Source of the DNA: Treponemataceae bacterium
GTDB taxonomy: Bacteria > Spirochaetota > Spirochaetia > Treponematales > Treponemataceae
Reading direction: 5' to 3'
Length of the DNA stretch: 62,559 bases
Assembly: GCA_963624615.1 (NCBI GenBank)
Contig: CAVFQN010000166.1
Location: 1-62,559 of the forward strand
The translations under genes were made by a program, and so were the position numbers. Below the pieces are notes generated by a model. It was not told the DNA's origin. It ran no database searches and worked only from the letters and a program-made list of their open reading frames with translations. Positions 37,927-47,441 of this stretch are shown in pieces (the first letter of the stretch is position 1; every line of letters starts with the position of its first letter).

Positions 37927-38403
37927 TTAAGCTAATTCTTTTATAAGAGAAGAAAGAACGGCTTCATCAGCCTGATCTTCCAAAGCTTTCCTAAATCTAG
38001 CGCTTCTGAATAAACCTGCCAAAGTAGAAAGAACTTTTAAGTGGATTTGAGAATTGTGTGTAAGCAAAATAAACATTGCAAATACAGAACGCTCATCAGG
38101 AGCTTTCATATCAATAGGCTTTTTAAGATATACAACACAAATTCTCTGATCTTTTTCGTTCTTCATAATTGGAGCACGAGCATGAGGTAATGCAATTCCA
38201 TTTCCTACAGCAGTGCTAAGAACTTCTTCACGAGCACACAAAGCATTATACACTTGGTCAGATGTCATTCCATCGGGTAAATCTATCATTTTGCTAATTT
38301 TTGCATAAATTTCCTGAGGGGTATTTCCTTCAACATTCTTAAAAATTCCGCCACGATGAATCAGTTGTGCAATATCAACTTCGTTTTCCATAGTTTTTTC
38401 CAT
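37927..38403 (-). CDS. PTS EIIA domain protein (Ntr/fructose type)
   Basis: REEVLSTAVGNGIALPHAR phospho-His motif; HLKVLS. Confidence 0.88.
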   Translation of the reverse strand: MEKTMENEVDIAQLIHRGGIFKNVEGNTPQEIYAKISKMIDLPDGMTSDQVYNALCAREEVLSTAVGNGIALPHARAPIMKNEKDQRICVVYLKKPIDMKAPDERSVFAMFILLTHNSQIHLKVLSTLAGLFRSARFRKALEDQADEAVLSSLIKELA

Positions 38404-38419
38404 CCTGTTTTTTTTATAT

Positions 38420-38550
38420 GGGAGCCTCTAAAAATTGCAATTTTTAGAGGCAACTTTGAAAATGCGCACTTCTAAGTCTTGCTATTTCCAAGACTTAGAA
38501 TGCGCAGGCATCTCTGAAAAAGCATCGAAGATGATTTTTTAGAGATGTCC
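38420..38550 (+). repeat. Longest palindromic repeat family copy (modules A+B+C+D)
   Basis: GGGAGCCTCTAAAAATTGCAATTTTTAGAGG...TCTAAGTCTTGCTATTTCCAAGACTTAGA...GGCATCTCTGAAAAAGCATCGAAGATGATTTTTTAGAGATGTCC. Confidence 0.92.
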
Positions 38551-38562
38551 ATATCCTAATTT

Positions 38563-40035
38563 TTAATCTTTTTTTACAATCCCGTAACCTTTATATCTAT
38601 TACTGTTTAGTGCAAATTCTAGATTTCCCCTTATATCTTCAAAAGTTTCTACCATACCATCCAAAGATAAAGAAATATCATCTACTGGGATTTGCTCTCT
38701 AACAAAAATATTTTCTACTTCATCCAAAAGACGAACCAGATGACCGTATAATTGCGAAAGGACGACTAATTCCTGTTGTGGAAAAAGACTTACGTTAAGC
38801 CCTGAGCAGGCAATATCGCAAAACAAAGTGTTTACCTGGCTGAACAAGTCCAAAATACGTTTTCTAAGTTCTGCAATTGAAAAATCAGAAAAGCGGTTAT
38901 AATTTTTCTTGAGTATATCATTTCGTTTTTCTATATTCAATAAAACTTCTTTTTGCTCTGCCCCGCCCATTTTTATGATTTGAGGGAAAATTTCTGAAAC
39001 TAAAAATTCCAAAGACTGAGGTTTTCCAGTTTTATATGATTCATAAATACTGTTTTCAAGATAGGCGTCCAAAACCTGAGGAGAAAAAGTAAGTGCCATA
39101 TCAGAAAAAATCAAATCGGCAGATGACATTGAGGAATTCCACTTGCCAGAAAAAGGAATTTCTTCGTTTTTACGCCAAATTCTGGATTCTACCCCATAAT
39201 GCTCAAAGCCGATTTTTGTAGTATGACTCAAAAATTCTTCAACAGAACCACAATTTTTTATACAAAGTTCTCTCTGATTTTCCAAAAACAAAAGGGCAAG
39301 CTGCTCTTCAATAGATTCAGAAGGTCCATGCTTATCAAAACCTGCCAAAAGTCCTTTTTCAAAATAGGAATACCATTCTTCCCGCTGAACAACCGAACTT
39401 GAAACAACAAATTTTTCTGAACGGTCTTTTAATTTTGTCACTTCGATTACAGAATTTTCCCAATCCACAACCCTGCAAAGGAGCCTGTCGCCATATTCAA
39501 AATCTTTAACATTTTTTATATCAGACAATTTCCATGCAGTAAGGTTTATTTCGGTTGGCAGAGAATACTGAATGGATTTGAGGTGAACTGTTTCATTTCC
39601 TTTATCACCAATAATATAAGGAATAATGTAACCTTCCCCGTAAAGCGAAAAAGTATCCAGGGCAAGATTCATTGAAAAAGTTTGTGATGATGATTCCAAA
39701 AGTTTATCATTTGTCATCACAATAATGCTGTCTGGTGATGTTTCAGGATTTATAAAAGGCATACAGCGATGGCCCAGTAAAAAATAGCCTTTATCTACTT
39801 CTTCTTTACTCGGCTTAAAACTAAACCAACGACCGGTAAAAACGCCGGCCCTTGTAATGTACTCATCGTGTATTAGAGAAAAAACTAAATTTGAAGACTG
39901 TAAAATATCTTCAGCCTCTGTTTTTGAAAGACGAAGTCCCTTACTTCGTAAATACCTGTAGAAACTCTCTAAGGTAAAAATCTCATCCTGACTTCTTAAA
40001 AAAGCTGATATTACAGTCACTGCTTGAAAATTCAC
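38563..40035 (-). CDS. Hypothetical protein (490 aa)
   Basis: Long ORF, GTG start; no family recognised. Confidence 0.75.
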   Translation of the reverse strand: MNFQAVTVISAFLRSQDEIFTLESFYRYLRSKGLRLSKTEAEDILQSSNLVFSLIHDEYITRAGVFTGRWFSFKPSKEEVDKGYFLLGHRCMPFINPETSPDSIIVMTNDKLLESSSQTFSMNLALDTFSLYGEGYIIPYIIGDKGNETVHLKSIQYSLPTEINLTAWKLSDIKNVKDFEYGDRLLCRVVDWENSVIEVTKLKDRSEKFVVSSSVVQREEWYSYFEKGLLAGFDKHGPSESIEEQLALLFLENQRELCIKNCGSVEEFLSHTTKIGFEHYGVESRIWRKNEEIPFSGKWNSSMSSADLIFSDMALTFSPQVLDAYLENSIYESYKTGKPQSLEFLVSEIFPQIIKMGGAEQKEVLLNIEKRNDILKKNYNRFSDFSIAELRKRILDLFSQVNTLFCDIACSGLNVSLFPQQELVVLSQLYGHLVRLLDEVENIFVREQIPVDDISLSLDGMVETFEDIRGNLEFALNSNRYKGYGIVKKD

Positions 40036-40041
40036 ACTTCA

Positions 40042-40070
40042 ATTTTAACGGAAATGTCAAAAACTGTAAA
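40042..40070 (-). promoter_or_regulatory. Sigma70-like promoter, leaderless geometry
   Basis: TTTACA-N17-TAAAAT-N6-GTG. Confidence 0.55.
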
Positions 40071-40111
40071 TTACTGGAGTCTTTTTCAAAATTTTCAAAG
40101 TTCTCTTCAAT

Positions 40112-40140
40112 TTGTCATTCCCATAAAAAAATACTATAAT
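40112..40140 (+). promoter_or_regulatory. Sigma70-like promoter, leaderless geometry
   Basis: TTGTCA-N17-TATAAT-N7-ATG; no SD sequence. Confidence 0.7.
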
Positions 40141-40147
40141 CGGCAAA

Positions 40148-41026
40148 ATGAAACTTACATTTTTAGGAACTGGCACTAGTCACGGAATTCCTGTTATAGC
40201 TTGTGATTGCCCAGTCTGCCGCTCAACAGATCCCCATGATAAAAGATACAGATCTTCTGCCTACATAGAAACCAGCGACGGCCTGCATATTCAGATTGAT
40301 GTTGGGCCAGAATTCAGACTGCAGGCAATCGAACACAGAATAAAACAGATTGACGCCGTTCTTTTGACCCACGCCCACGCCGATCATGTTTTTGGGATTG
40401 ATGATTTGAGGATTTTTTCCTGCGACTTTAAAAATAAGCCAGCAGATGAAAACAGTCGGAAAATTCTGGCAGCTCCCCCAATCCCCATTTACACAAATAA
40501 AACCTGCATAAACGACGTAAAAAACAGATTTAATTACATTTTTGCCCCGGTAAAAGAAGGCGGCGGCCACGCCAAAATTGATTTACAGGAAGCTGCAAAG
40601 CCATTTTTTCTTGGCAAGACAGAAATTGTCCCAATTCCAATGGTGCACGGATATTTGGAAACGACAGGCTGGCTGCTGGTAGAAAAAAATCCTCAAGGAG
40701 AAAAACAATCGCTTGCATATCTGACAGACTGTAATTTTATAAGCCAGGATTCCATCAATCTGATAAAAAATAAATGCGGAAATTTGAAGCACCTGATTAT
40801 TGACGGTTTAAGGGTTCGGGAACATTCCACCCACTTCAATTTTTTGCAGGCTATGGAAGTCTGCCAGCAGATTGGCGGAGAACATATTTGGTTTATCCAT
40901 ATGACCCACAACGAATCTCATGAACAAATTAAAGAATATATAAAAGCCCACCTGGGAGAATTTCCAGGCCTGACAAAAGCAAAATCTGTGCTGCCGTCTT
41001 ATGATGGTCTGGTTTTGGAGATGTAA
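40148..41026 (+). CDS. MBL-fold metallo-hydrolase, PhnP/YycJ-like
   Basis: LGTGTSHGIPVIACDCPVC, THAHADHVFGIDDLR, YLTD and HMTH motifs. Confidence 0.88.
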   Translation: MKLTFLGTGTSHGIPVIACDCPVCRSTDPHDKRYRSSAYIETSDGLHIQIDVGPEFRLQAIEHRIKQIDAVLLTHAHADHVFGIDDLRIFSCDFKNKPADENSRKILAAPPIPIYTNKTCINDVKNRFNYIFAPVKEGGGHAKIDLQEAAKPFFLGKTEIVPIPMVHGYLETTGWLLVEKNPQGEKQSLAYLTDCNFISQDSINLIKNKCGNLKHLIIDGLRVREHSTHFNFLQAMEVCQQIGGEHIWFIHMTHNESHEQIKEYIKAHLGEFPGLTKAKSVLPSYDGLVLEM

Positions 41027-41070
41027 GGTCTGGGGCTACAAAAGTTCCGGAATGACGGTTCCGACCAGTT

Positions 41071-41103
41071 AAAAAAAATAACCCCGAGAGCTAATCTCGG
41101 GGT
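41071..41103 (-). terminator. Intrinsic terminator of rpmB
   Basis: ACCCCGAGA-GCTAA-TCTCGGGGT stem followed by a T tract on the minus strand. Confidence 0.8.
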
Positions 41104-41132
41104 CATCAATTTAACTGAGCAATTTACTAAAA

Positions 41133-41357
41133 TTAGTTGTTAGCTTCAGCTGTCTTTGGAACTCTTACCTTCTTATCAACAAATCCGCGGCTAAGGCAGT
41201 TTGAACAAACTTTAAGTGTTCTAACTTCTCCGTTAGGAAGTGTTGCTTTTACACTGTGAAGATTTGGTCTCCAAGTTCTGCGTGTATGGTTATAAGATTT
41301 ACTTACTTTATTTCCAGACATAACGCCTTTTCCACAAACATCACACATTCTAGACAT
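41133..41357 (-). CDS. rpmB: 50S ribosomal protein L28 (Zn-ribbon CxxC...CxxC type)
   Basis: MSRMCDVCGK...GNKVS...TRRTWRPNL...CSNC. Confidence 0.95.
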   Translation of the reverse strand: MSRMCDVCGKGVMSGNKVSKSYNHTRRTWRPNLHSVKATLPNGEVRTLKVCSNCLSRGFVDKKVRVPKTAEANN

Positions 41358-41413
41358 TTTCTTATCCTTCCTTATATAAACAATTTTCCCACACAATAAA
41401 CAATAGTTTTAGA

Positions 41414-41442
41414 AATATACACAAAATCCAAAAATAAGTCAA
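41414..41442 (-). promoter_or_regulatory. Sigma70-like promoter of rpmB
   Basis: TTGACT-N17-TATATT on the minus strand. Confidence 0.65.
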
Positions 41443-41473
41443 TTGCAGAAAACTGTCTTTTTAAAAATTTAAC

Positions 41474-41557
41474 GGAACCTCTAAAAATTGCAATTTTTAG
41501 AGGTAACTTTGAAAGTGCGCATTCTAAGTCTTGCTATTTCCAAGACTTAGAGATGCC
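41474..41557 (+). repeat. Palindromic repeat family copy (modules A+B+C)
   Basis: GGAACCTCTAAAAATTGCAATTTTTAGAGGTAACTTTGAAAGTGCGCATTCTAAGTCTTGCTATTTCCAAGACTTAGAGATGCC. Confidence 0.92.
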
Positions 41558-41563
41558 ATTAAC

Positions 41564-42790
41564 CTACTTTACATAGCCGAATGCAAGAATTGTAAAGGAT
41601 TTTTCTTCATCACCCTTTGCCATTCTCACTTCAACAATATGTCTTGCACAGGTTTTATTATCAATCACAGAATCAATAACGCAGTTGTTCCAGCCACCAG
41701 ATTTTCCACCGTCCAGAGTTTTTACAACTTTGCCATCAACCAGGACTTCTGCCTTGCCAAAAGTTTTTGAGTTGCTGTTTTTGTAAACAATCATCAGATT
41801 TTTACATTCAAGGAACATAGTGAAATTTTTTTCACTTTTTGAAGAACCTTTTTTCCAGTTTTCCGGGAAAGATTTTCCGCCTTTTGAATATCCCTGAATC
41901 TGGGTATCTTTTTGATTAAAATCACCAGCATCAATAACTACTTTAGAATTCTTTGAATTACCAAAATAAGCAGTAAAATTCGTAAAAGGATTTGCATTTT
42001 TGTAGCCGTCAGGAATTTTTACAGGTTTATCTTCCGGATCCTCAGCAATTGTATCCAAAAGATATAACAAACAATCTGCCATAAATCCATGGCCATCACT
42101 TGTCGGATGAACTGTGTCTGTATAATAAACTTTTGAATTTGCCGTCAGATTTACGCCAGAACCTTTCAATCCATCAGAAACGCTGACTTCCTGAATTTTG
42201 TAGAACTGGGCAACTGGAGTCATAGAATACTGCTGATTTCCGTAAGTTGCAGCTGCGTAAAGTGCGATTACGGCAGTATTATTTTCCAGAGCATTTCGAA
42301 TCAGATATTCAAAAGCCCTTGTTTTAGAACATTCCTGATAGTCGTTTACAGAAAATTCAATAACGAGAAGGTCTGGATTTCGCCCCAAAACATCAACAAC
42401 GTCTTTCTGATAGCGAACCAGACCTAATGGAGAAGGAGTTCCACTCAAACCTGCCCCCACAAAGTGAACTTTTTCAGCGTCATTTACATAATAATTTTTG
42501 AGGGCGTTATAAAACTGATAGGCGTAACCTTCACCATAACTTGCAGGGCCGGCCCCTTCTGTAACAGAACCACCAATGCAGGCAATATAAACATCCTGGT
42601 CATTTTCCAGCTTTTTCAAAAAAGATTTTATCAAATAATTGTTGCCTTTGTTCAAAAGGCTGGCATCAACAGCTTCCCAATAAGCATCATCCGAAATACC
42701 AAGTCCATTTTCAGCTTCTTCAGCAACAATTCCACTTTTACAACCAATAAAAAGTCCCAAACATAATAAAAGTTTTGCTAGTTTTTTCAT
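41564..42790 (-). CDS. Exported SGNH/GDSL hydrolase with C-terminal beta-sandwich domain
   Basis: Blocks IGGSVTEG, GLSG, EFSVND and DTVHP; signal peptide; AGGAG RBS before ATG 42790. Confidence 0.85.
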   Translation of the reverse strand: MKKLAKLLLCLGLFIGCKSGIVAEEAENGLGISDDAYWEAVDASLLNKGNNYLIKSFLKKLENDQDVYIACIGGSVTEGAGPASYGEGYAYQFYNALKNYYVNDAEKVHFVGAGLSGTPSPLGLVRYQKDVVDVLGRNPDLLVIEFSVNDYQECSKTRAFEYLIRNALENNTAVIALYAAATYGNQQYSMTPVAQFYKIQEVSVSDGLKGSGVNLTANSKVYYTDTVHPTSDGHGFMADCLLYLLDTIAEDPEDKPVKIPDGYKNANPFTNFTAYFGNSKNSKVVIDAGDFNQKDTQIQGYSKGGKSFPENWKKGSSKSEKNFTMFLECKNLMIVYKNSNSKTFGKAEVLVDGKVVKTLDGGKSGGWNNCVIDSVIDNKTCARHIVEVRMAKGDEEKSFTILAFGYVK

Positions 42791-42859
42791 TTTTTTACTC
42801 CTATAAACTAAGAAACGCCAACCGTAGCAGAACGTTTCTTTGCTTTTTTTTTCATTAAT

Positions 42860-42895
42860 GGTAACCTCTAAAAATTGCAATTTTTAGAGATGACC
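42860..42895. repeat. Palindromic repeat family copy (module A)
   Basis: GGTAACCTCTAAAAATTGCAATTTTTAGAGATGACC. Confidence 0.88.
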
Positions 42896-42914
42896 TAATA
42901 TTATAACTTTATCA

Positions 42915-44912
42915 CTACTTTCCAAATTGTGCTTCAATTTCTTTGATTTGATCGCGAAAAACTGCCGCCTGTTCGTATTCCATTCGTTCAGCACAAGCAG
43001 ACATTTCTTCGGTAAGTCTTTTGATAAGTTTTTTTCTGTCTGATGATTTAAACAGATTAAGACCTTTTTTCAAAACTTCGAGATCAATTGTTGCAACATC
43101 CTGGGCTTCTTCTTTCTGATGTTCCAGAATATCCGAAATAGCTTTTTTGACCGTCGTCGGGGTAATTCCATGTTCCTTGTTGTAGGCTTCCTGCACCTGG
43201 CGGCGACGACTTGTTTCTTTGATTGCCGCTTCCATAGCCGGTGACATATGATCCGCATACATCACAACCTGGCCTTCTGCATTGCGGGCTGCACGACCAA
43301 TTATCTGGATAAGCGAAGTTTCAGACCGCAAAAATCCGATTTTGTCTGCATCCAAAAGGGCAATAAAACTTACTTCCGGCAGGTCAATTCCTTCGCGGAG
43401 AAGATTGATTCCAATTAAAACGTCAATTTCGCCAGTTCTCAAAGATTTTAGGATTTCGACCCTCTCAAAAGTGTCAATTTCGGAGTGGATATATTTTACC
43501 TTGAGTTTGAGTTCCGTAAGATAATCCGTCAAATCTTCCGCCATTTTTTTTGTCAAAGTGAGAATTAAACTGCGTTCGTTTTTGGCAATTCTGGCTTTAA
43601 CTTCGCGGTAAATATCTTCCATCTGACCTTCGCTAGGCCGAACTTCGACAAGGGGATCCAAAAGCCCTGTAGGGCGGATAATCTGCTCCACAACCTGAGA
43701 GCTCTGTTTGATTTCGTCGGGGCGCGGAGTTGCCGTCACATAAATAATCTGGTTCATTTTCGCGTCGAACTCTGCTTTTTTGAGGGGGCGGTTGTCGGCG
43801 GCAGATGGCAGGCGGAAGCCAAAATTTATGAGGTTTTGTTTACGGCTGCGGTCGCCTTCGTACATTGCCCCAATTTGTGGAACTGTGACGTGAGCTTCGT
43901 CTATCATGCAAAGAAAATCGTCCGGGAAGTAATGGAGCAGAGTTGCAGGGGGCTCACCAGGGGCTCGACCGGAAATCGGGCCGGAATAATTTTCGATGCC
44001 GGGGCAGGTTCCCATCTCTTTGAGCATTTCAATATCATAAGTGGTGCGGGTTTTGAGCCTGTCCGCTTCAAGGATTTTCCCCTGCCGTTGAAATTCTTCC
44101 ACCCGCTCTTCCATTTCCTTTTGGATTCTGTCACAAGAGGCCAGTAACTGATCTTTTGGAACAACAAAGTGCTTTGCCGGGTAAAAAACAGTTTCGTCAA
44201 TTTCGCCGGTGATATTCCGGTTCAAAACATCAAATCTTCGGATTTTGACAACTTCGTCCCAGTCCAATTCAATTCGGTAAGCTTCGTCTGTTTCCATGTA
44301 AGGGGGAAAAACTTCTATCACATCACCTTTTATGCGGAAATTTCCCCGGTCAAGAACATCATCATTTCTGGAATATTGCAGAGAAATAAGCTGGTCGGCA
44401 AGTTTTTTGGGATCCAGGGTCTGGCCTTTTTCGATGTGGACTCTCATTCCCTTGTAAACGTCCGGCATACCAAGACCATAAATACAGCTGACAGTGGCGA
44501 CAACAATTACATCTCGCCGCTCCATCAAACTGTAAGTAGCCTTTAACCTCAGCTGGTCAATTTCGCGATTTATATCGCAATCTTTTTCTATGTATAAGTC
44601 GCGAGCGGCCACGTAAGCTTCCGGCTGGTAATAATCATAATACGAAACAAAATATTCTACGGCGTTATTTGGAAAAAATGATTTAAATTCGCGGTAAAGC
44701 TGGGCAGAAAGAGTTTTGTTGTGGCTGATAATCAAGGTTGGTCGCTGAACCTTTTCGATGATTTTTGCCATTGTGAAAGTTTTTCCAGAACCGGTGACGC
44801 CTTTCAAAGTCTGAAATTTGTCTCCCCGGAGAAAGCCCTGGCTCAGTTTTTCGATTGCCTGCCCCTGATCACCACTTGGCTGATAAGGGGACACTACTTC
44901 AAAAGGTCGCAT
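42915..44912 (-). CDS. uvrB: Excinuclease ABC subunit B
   Basis: GVTGSGKT, YFVSYYDYYQPEAY, IDEAH, GFRLPSA and IGRAARN motifs; C-terminal UVR domain. Confidence 0.97.
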   Translation of the reverse strand: MRPFEVVSPYQPSGDQGQAIEKLSQGFLRGDKFQTLKGVTGSGKTFTMAKIIEKVQRPTLIISHNKTLSAQLYREFKSFFPNNAVEYFVSYYDYYQPEAYVAARDLYIEKDCDINREIDQLRLKATYSLMERRDVIVVATVSCIYGLGMPDVYKGMRVHIEKGQTLDPKKLADQLISLQYSRNDDVLDRGNFRIKGDVIEVFPPYMETDEAYRIELDWDEVVKIRRFDVLNRNITGEIDETVFYPAKHFVVPKDQLLASCDRIQKEMEERVEEFQRQGKILEADRLKTRTTYDIEMLKEMGTCPGIENYSGPISGRAPGEPPATLLHYFPDDFLCMIDEAHVTVPQIGAMYEGDRSRKQNLINFGFRLPSAADNRPLKKAEFDAKMNQIIYVTATPRPDEIKQSSQVVEQIIRPTGLLDPLVEVRPSEGQMEDIYREVKARIAKNERSLILTLTKKMAEDLTDYLTELKLKVKYIHSEIDTFERVEILKSLRTGEIDVLIGINLLREGIDLPEVSFIALLDADKIGFLRSETSLIQIIGRAARNAEGQVVMYADHMSPAMEAAIKETSRRRQVQEAYNKEHGITPTTVKKAISDILEHQKEEAQDVATIDLEVLKKGLNLFKSSDRKKLIKRLTEEMSACAERMEYEQAAVFRDQIKEIEAQFGK

Positions 44913-44933
44913 TTTTTAATCCGCCTTTTTGAT

Positions 44934-46202
44934 TTATTCGCTCAAAGTCAATTTGACGGTCAAATCTTTTCTATTCCGGTGAATCACCATGGTGATTACA
45001 TCCCCAGGCCGCTTAGCTTCAAGGGCCGAATAATAATCTGCCAGAGAAGTAATCGCAATATCATCAATTTTTGTGATTACATCCCCACCAATATAAATAA
45101 TGTCGCGGCGAGAACCGTAATATGCAGCTTCCGTTCCACCCTTAATTCCGGCTTTTTCGGCATTTCCGCCTTTTTCGACTTCTGAAACGAGGATTCCTTC
45201 CGAAATATCAAGTCCAGCGTACTGGGCAATTCGCCTGCTCAACTGAACGATTGTAGCATCCACCTGCCCCCGCTGAACTTTTCCGTATTTCAGCAAATCT
45301 GCAACAACCCTGACCGCTGTTTCTGAAGGAACGGCAAACCCAACTCCGGCAGAAGACCCTGAACTTGATTTAATCATTGTATTAATACCAATCATTTTTC
45401 CGGAAGAATCCAAAAGTGGACCGCCAGAATTTCCAGGGTTAATTGCAGCATCAGTTTGAACCATATTTCTGATTATGCGGTTATTGGAATTCTGAATTGG
45501 GCGGCCAAGTCCAGAAACAATTCCGATTGTCATCGTTCTTTCCAGACCAAAAGGATTTCCAATTGCAATTACTTTTTGACCAACTTTCAATGCGGTAGAA
45601 TCACCAAAAGAAATTGTTTTGAGGGTCATTCCTTCCGGCGGAGTAAATTTGATTACAGCCAGATCGCTGTCCAAATCCTGGCCAACAACTTCCGCCTCAT
45701 ACTGGGTTCCATCAAAAAGTGAAACATAAATTTTTGTTGCGTCCTGGATAACGTGAACGTTTGTAAGAATATAGCCCCGCTTATCAATGATAGAACCAGA
45801 ACCGCTGCCCCCGTCCTGAACATAAGGCTCCAAAAACCAATCATAAGCCGTAACTTTTGTATTGATATTGACTACGGCTTCGTTGCAAAGATTATAAACA
45901 TTGATATTCTGACTTTCGTCCTGGGTGTAAGTTGTTGTAGAAACTGGAATAATTGCGGCTGGATTTTTTTCGAGGAAATCATCATCAACCTGGACTATAG
46001 TTTGAGAGGATTTTTGCTCAGAAGTCTGGTCATCTTGAACAATTTGTTCGGCTGCCAGGCTAGTAGTTAGAGTTTCAGCAGAATTTTTATTTGTGTTAGA
46101 TTTTTTTCCAAGTTTGATAAAAATAACAGAGGTAACAGCAACTGCGACAAAAACTGCAATTGCAGAAGTTTTAAATAACTGACTACGAGAATAAAGTTTC
46201 AT
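44934..46202 (-). CDS. htrA: HtrA/DegP-family serine protease with PDZ domain
   Basis: TNVHV, DLAVIK and INPGNSGGPL catalytic triad; N-terminal TM; one PDZ domain. Confidence 0.92.
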   Translation of the reverse strand: MKLYSRSQLFKTSAIAVFVAVAVTSVIFIKLGKKSNTNKNSAETLTTSLAAEQIVQDDQTSEQKSSQTIVQVDDDFLEKNPAAIIPVSTTTYTQDESQNINVYNLCNEAVVNINTKVTAYDWFLEPYVQDGGSGSGSIIDKRGYILTNVHVIQDATKIYVSLFDGTQYEAEVVGQDLDSDLAVIKFTPPEGMTLKTISFGDSTALKVGQKVIAIGNPFGLERTMTIGIVSGLGRPIQNSNNRIIRNMVQTDAAINPGNSGGPLLDSSGKMIGINTMIKSSSGSSAGVGFAVPSETAVRVVADLLKYGKVQRGQVDATIVQLSRRIAQYAGLDISEGILVSEVEKGGNAEKAGIKGGTEAAYYGSRRDIIYIGGDVITKIDDIAITSLADYYSALEAKRPGDVITMVIHRNRKDLTVKLTLSE

Positions 46203-46313
46203 ACCTATAATTTAATGAAAGGCAATAAAGAAAACAAGAAAAAATTGAAATTGGTGGTTGGCGCAGGATGTAAGGGGGCGCAAGGGCTGGAGCCGATCGC
46301 CAGTGGGATTACC

Positions 46314-46754
46314 TTACTCCAAAACTACCCTGTAAATAAAAGCGTAGCCAGCCTTGGCCGTAACGTAATATTTTTTTGTGGCAAAACCTTTTTTTCGGAC
46401 TTCCAGAATATAATCCGCTGGCAAAAGTTTGTTTATGGTCAATTTTGTTTTTCCCTGATAAATTGAATTTATGTAAACTTCTGCGGATTTTTGATTGCAG
46501 TCTATAATCAATGTTGCGGTATTTTTATTTTCGGACAATTGCTTTTTTGAGACGGGGGAAAGTTCCTGAGGTTCGAGGTTGAAGTCATGGTCGGGTTCGA
46601 GGGGATTTTCTTTCTCAGCTGCTATTACCGTTTTTGCGGACGCCGCCGAGTCATCCTCCGCCACTTGTGGCTTCAAAAGCTGGTTCTCCCCCGCAAACAT
46701 GGTCACCGCCTGAAAAATCAAAAAAATCCCAAATAAAAATGGCGTTTTTTTCAT
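46314..46754 (-). CDS. PEGA-domain exported protein
   Basis: Signal peptide; AEVYINSIYQGKT...YILEVRKKGF. Confidence 0.75.
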   Translation of the reverse strand: MKKTPFLFGIFLIFQAVTMFAGENQLLKPQVAEDDSAASAKTVIAAEKENPLEPDHDFNLEPQELSPVSKKQLSENKNTATLIIDCNQKSAEVYINSIYQGKTKLTINKLLPADYILEVRKKGFATKKYYVTAKAGYAFIYRVVLE

Positions 46755-46769
46755 GTTTTTGATTTTATC

Positions 46770-47441
46770 TTAGTCACCACACGAAAACAAGATATGATTT
46801 TCCAGAAAACTGAAATAATCTTCCAGCCCAATAATAACGTGGTCCAGCAGCTCAATTCCAATAATCATCGAAGCTTTTTGCAGAATTTTCGTTGTTTCAA
46901 TGTCTTCTTCGGAAGGCTGACAATTTCCCGACGGATGATTATGGCACACGATGATTGCAGCCGCATTTTCCTTGATGGCCTGGCTAAAAACCTCGCGGGG
47001 GTGAATTAAAGTCCTGTTCAGGGTCCCCACCGAAACGCAGTGAATTTTGATGATTTCGTGGCCCCCACTCAGAGTAATCACTAGAAAATGTTCCTTGTCC
47101 GAGACCGCATAATTTTTCACAAAGGGAACTACATCCCGGGGCGTGCGGATTTGAGCTTTTACATGGGCATTTCGCCGCCGTCCCAACTCTAGAGCCGCTG
47201 CGACCGCCAGAGCCTTGCCAGTTCCAACTCCCTTCAGTTTGAGCAGATTTTCCACCACCTGGTCGTCTTCTGTACAGTCCAAAGTGTCCATAATTTTACA
47301 GGCCATAGCTTCAACTGGCATATCTTTAGTGCCGGACCCCAAAATCAGCATTACCAGTTCTTCGTCAAAAGGAAAAGACATTCCATGTTCCAAAGCCCTT
47401 TCCCTTACATCGGGTTTTACAATTCTTTTATTTTTCATCAT
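46770..47441 (-). CDS. radC: RadC-family JAB domain protein
   Basis: GVGTGKA HhH, HPREVF, HNHPSG..PSEED and LLDHVI motifs; exact start uncertain (47438/47441/47456). Confidence 0.92.
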   Translation of the reverse strand: MMKNKRIVKPDVRERALEHGMSFPFDEELVMLILGSGTKDMPVEAMACKIMDTLDCTEDDQVVENLLKLKGVGTGKALAVAAALELGRRRNAHVKAQIRTPRDVVPFVKNYAVSDKEHFLVITLSGGHEIIKIHCVSVGTLNRTLIHPREVFSQAIKENAAAIIVCHNHPSGNCQPSEEDIETTKILQKASMIIGIELLDHVIIGLEDYFSFLENHILFSCGD

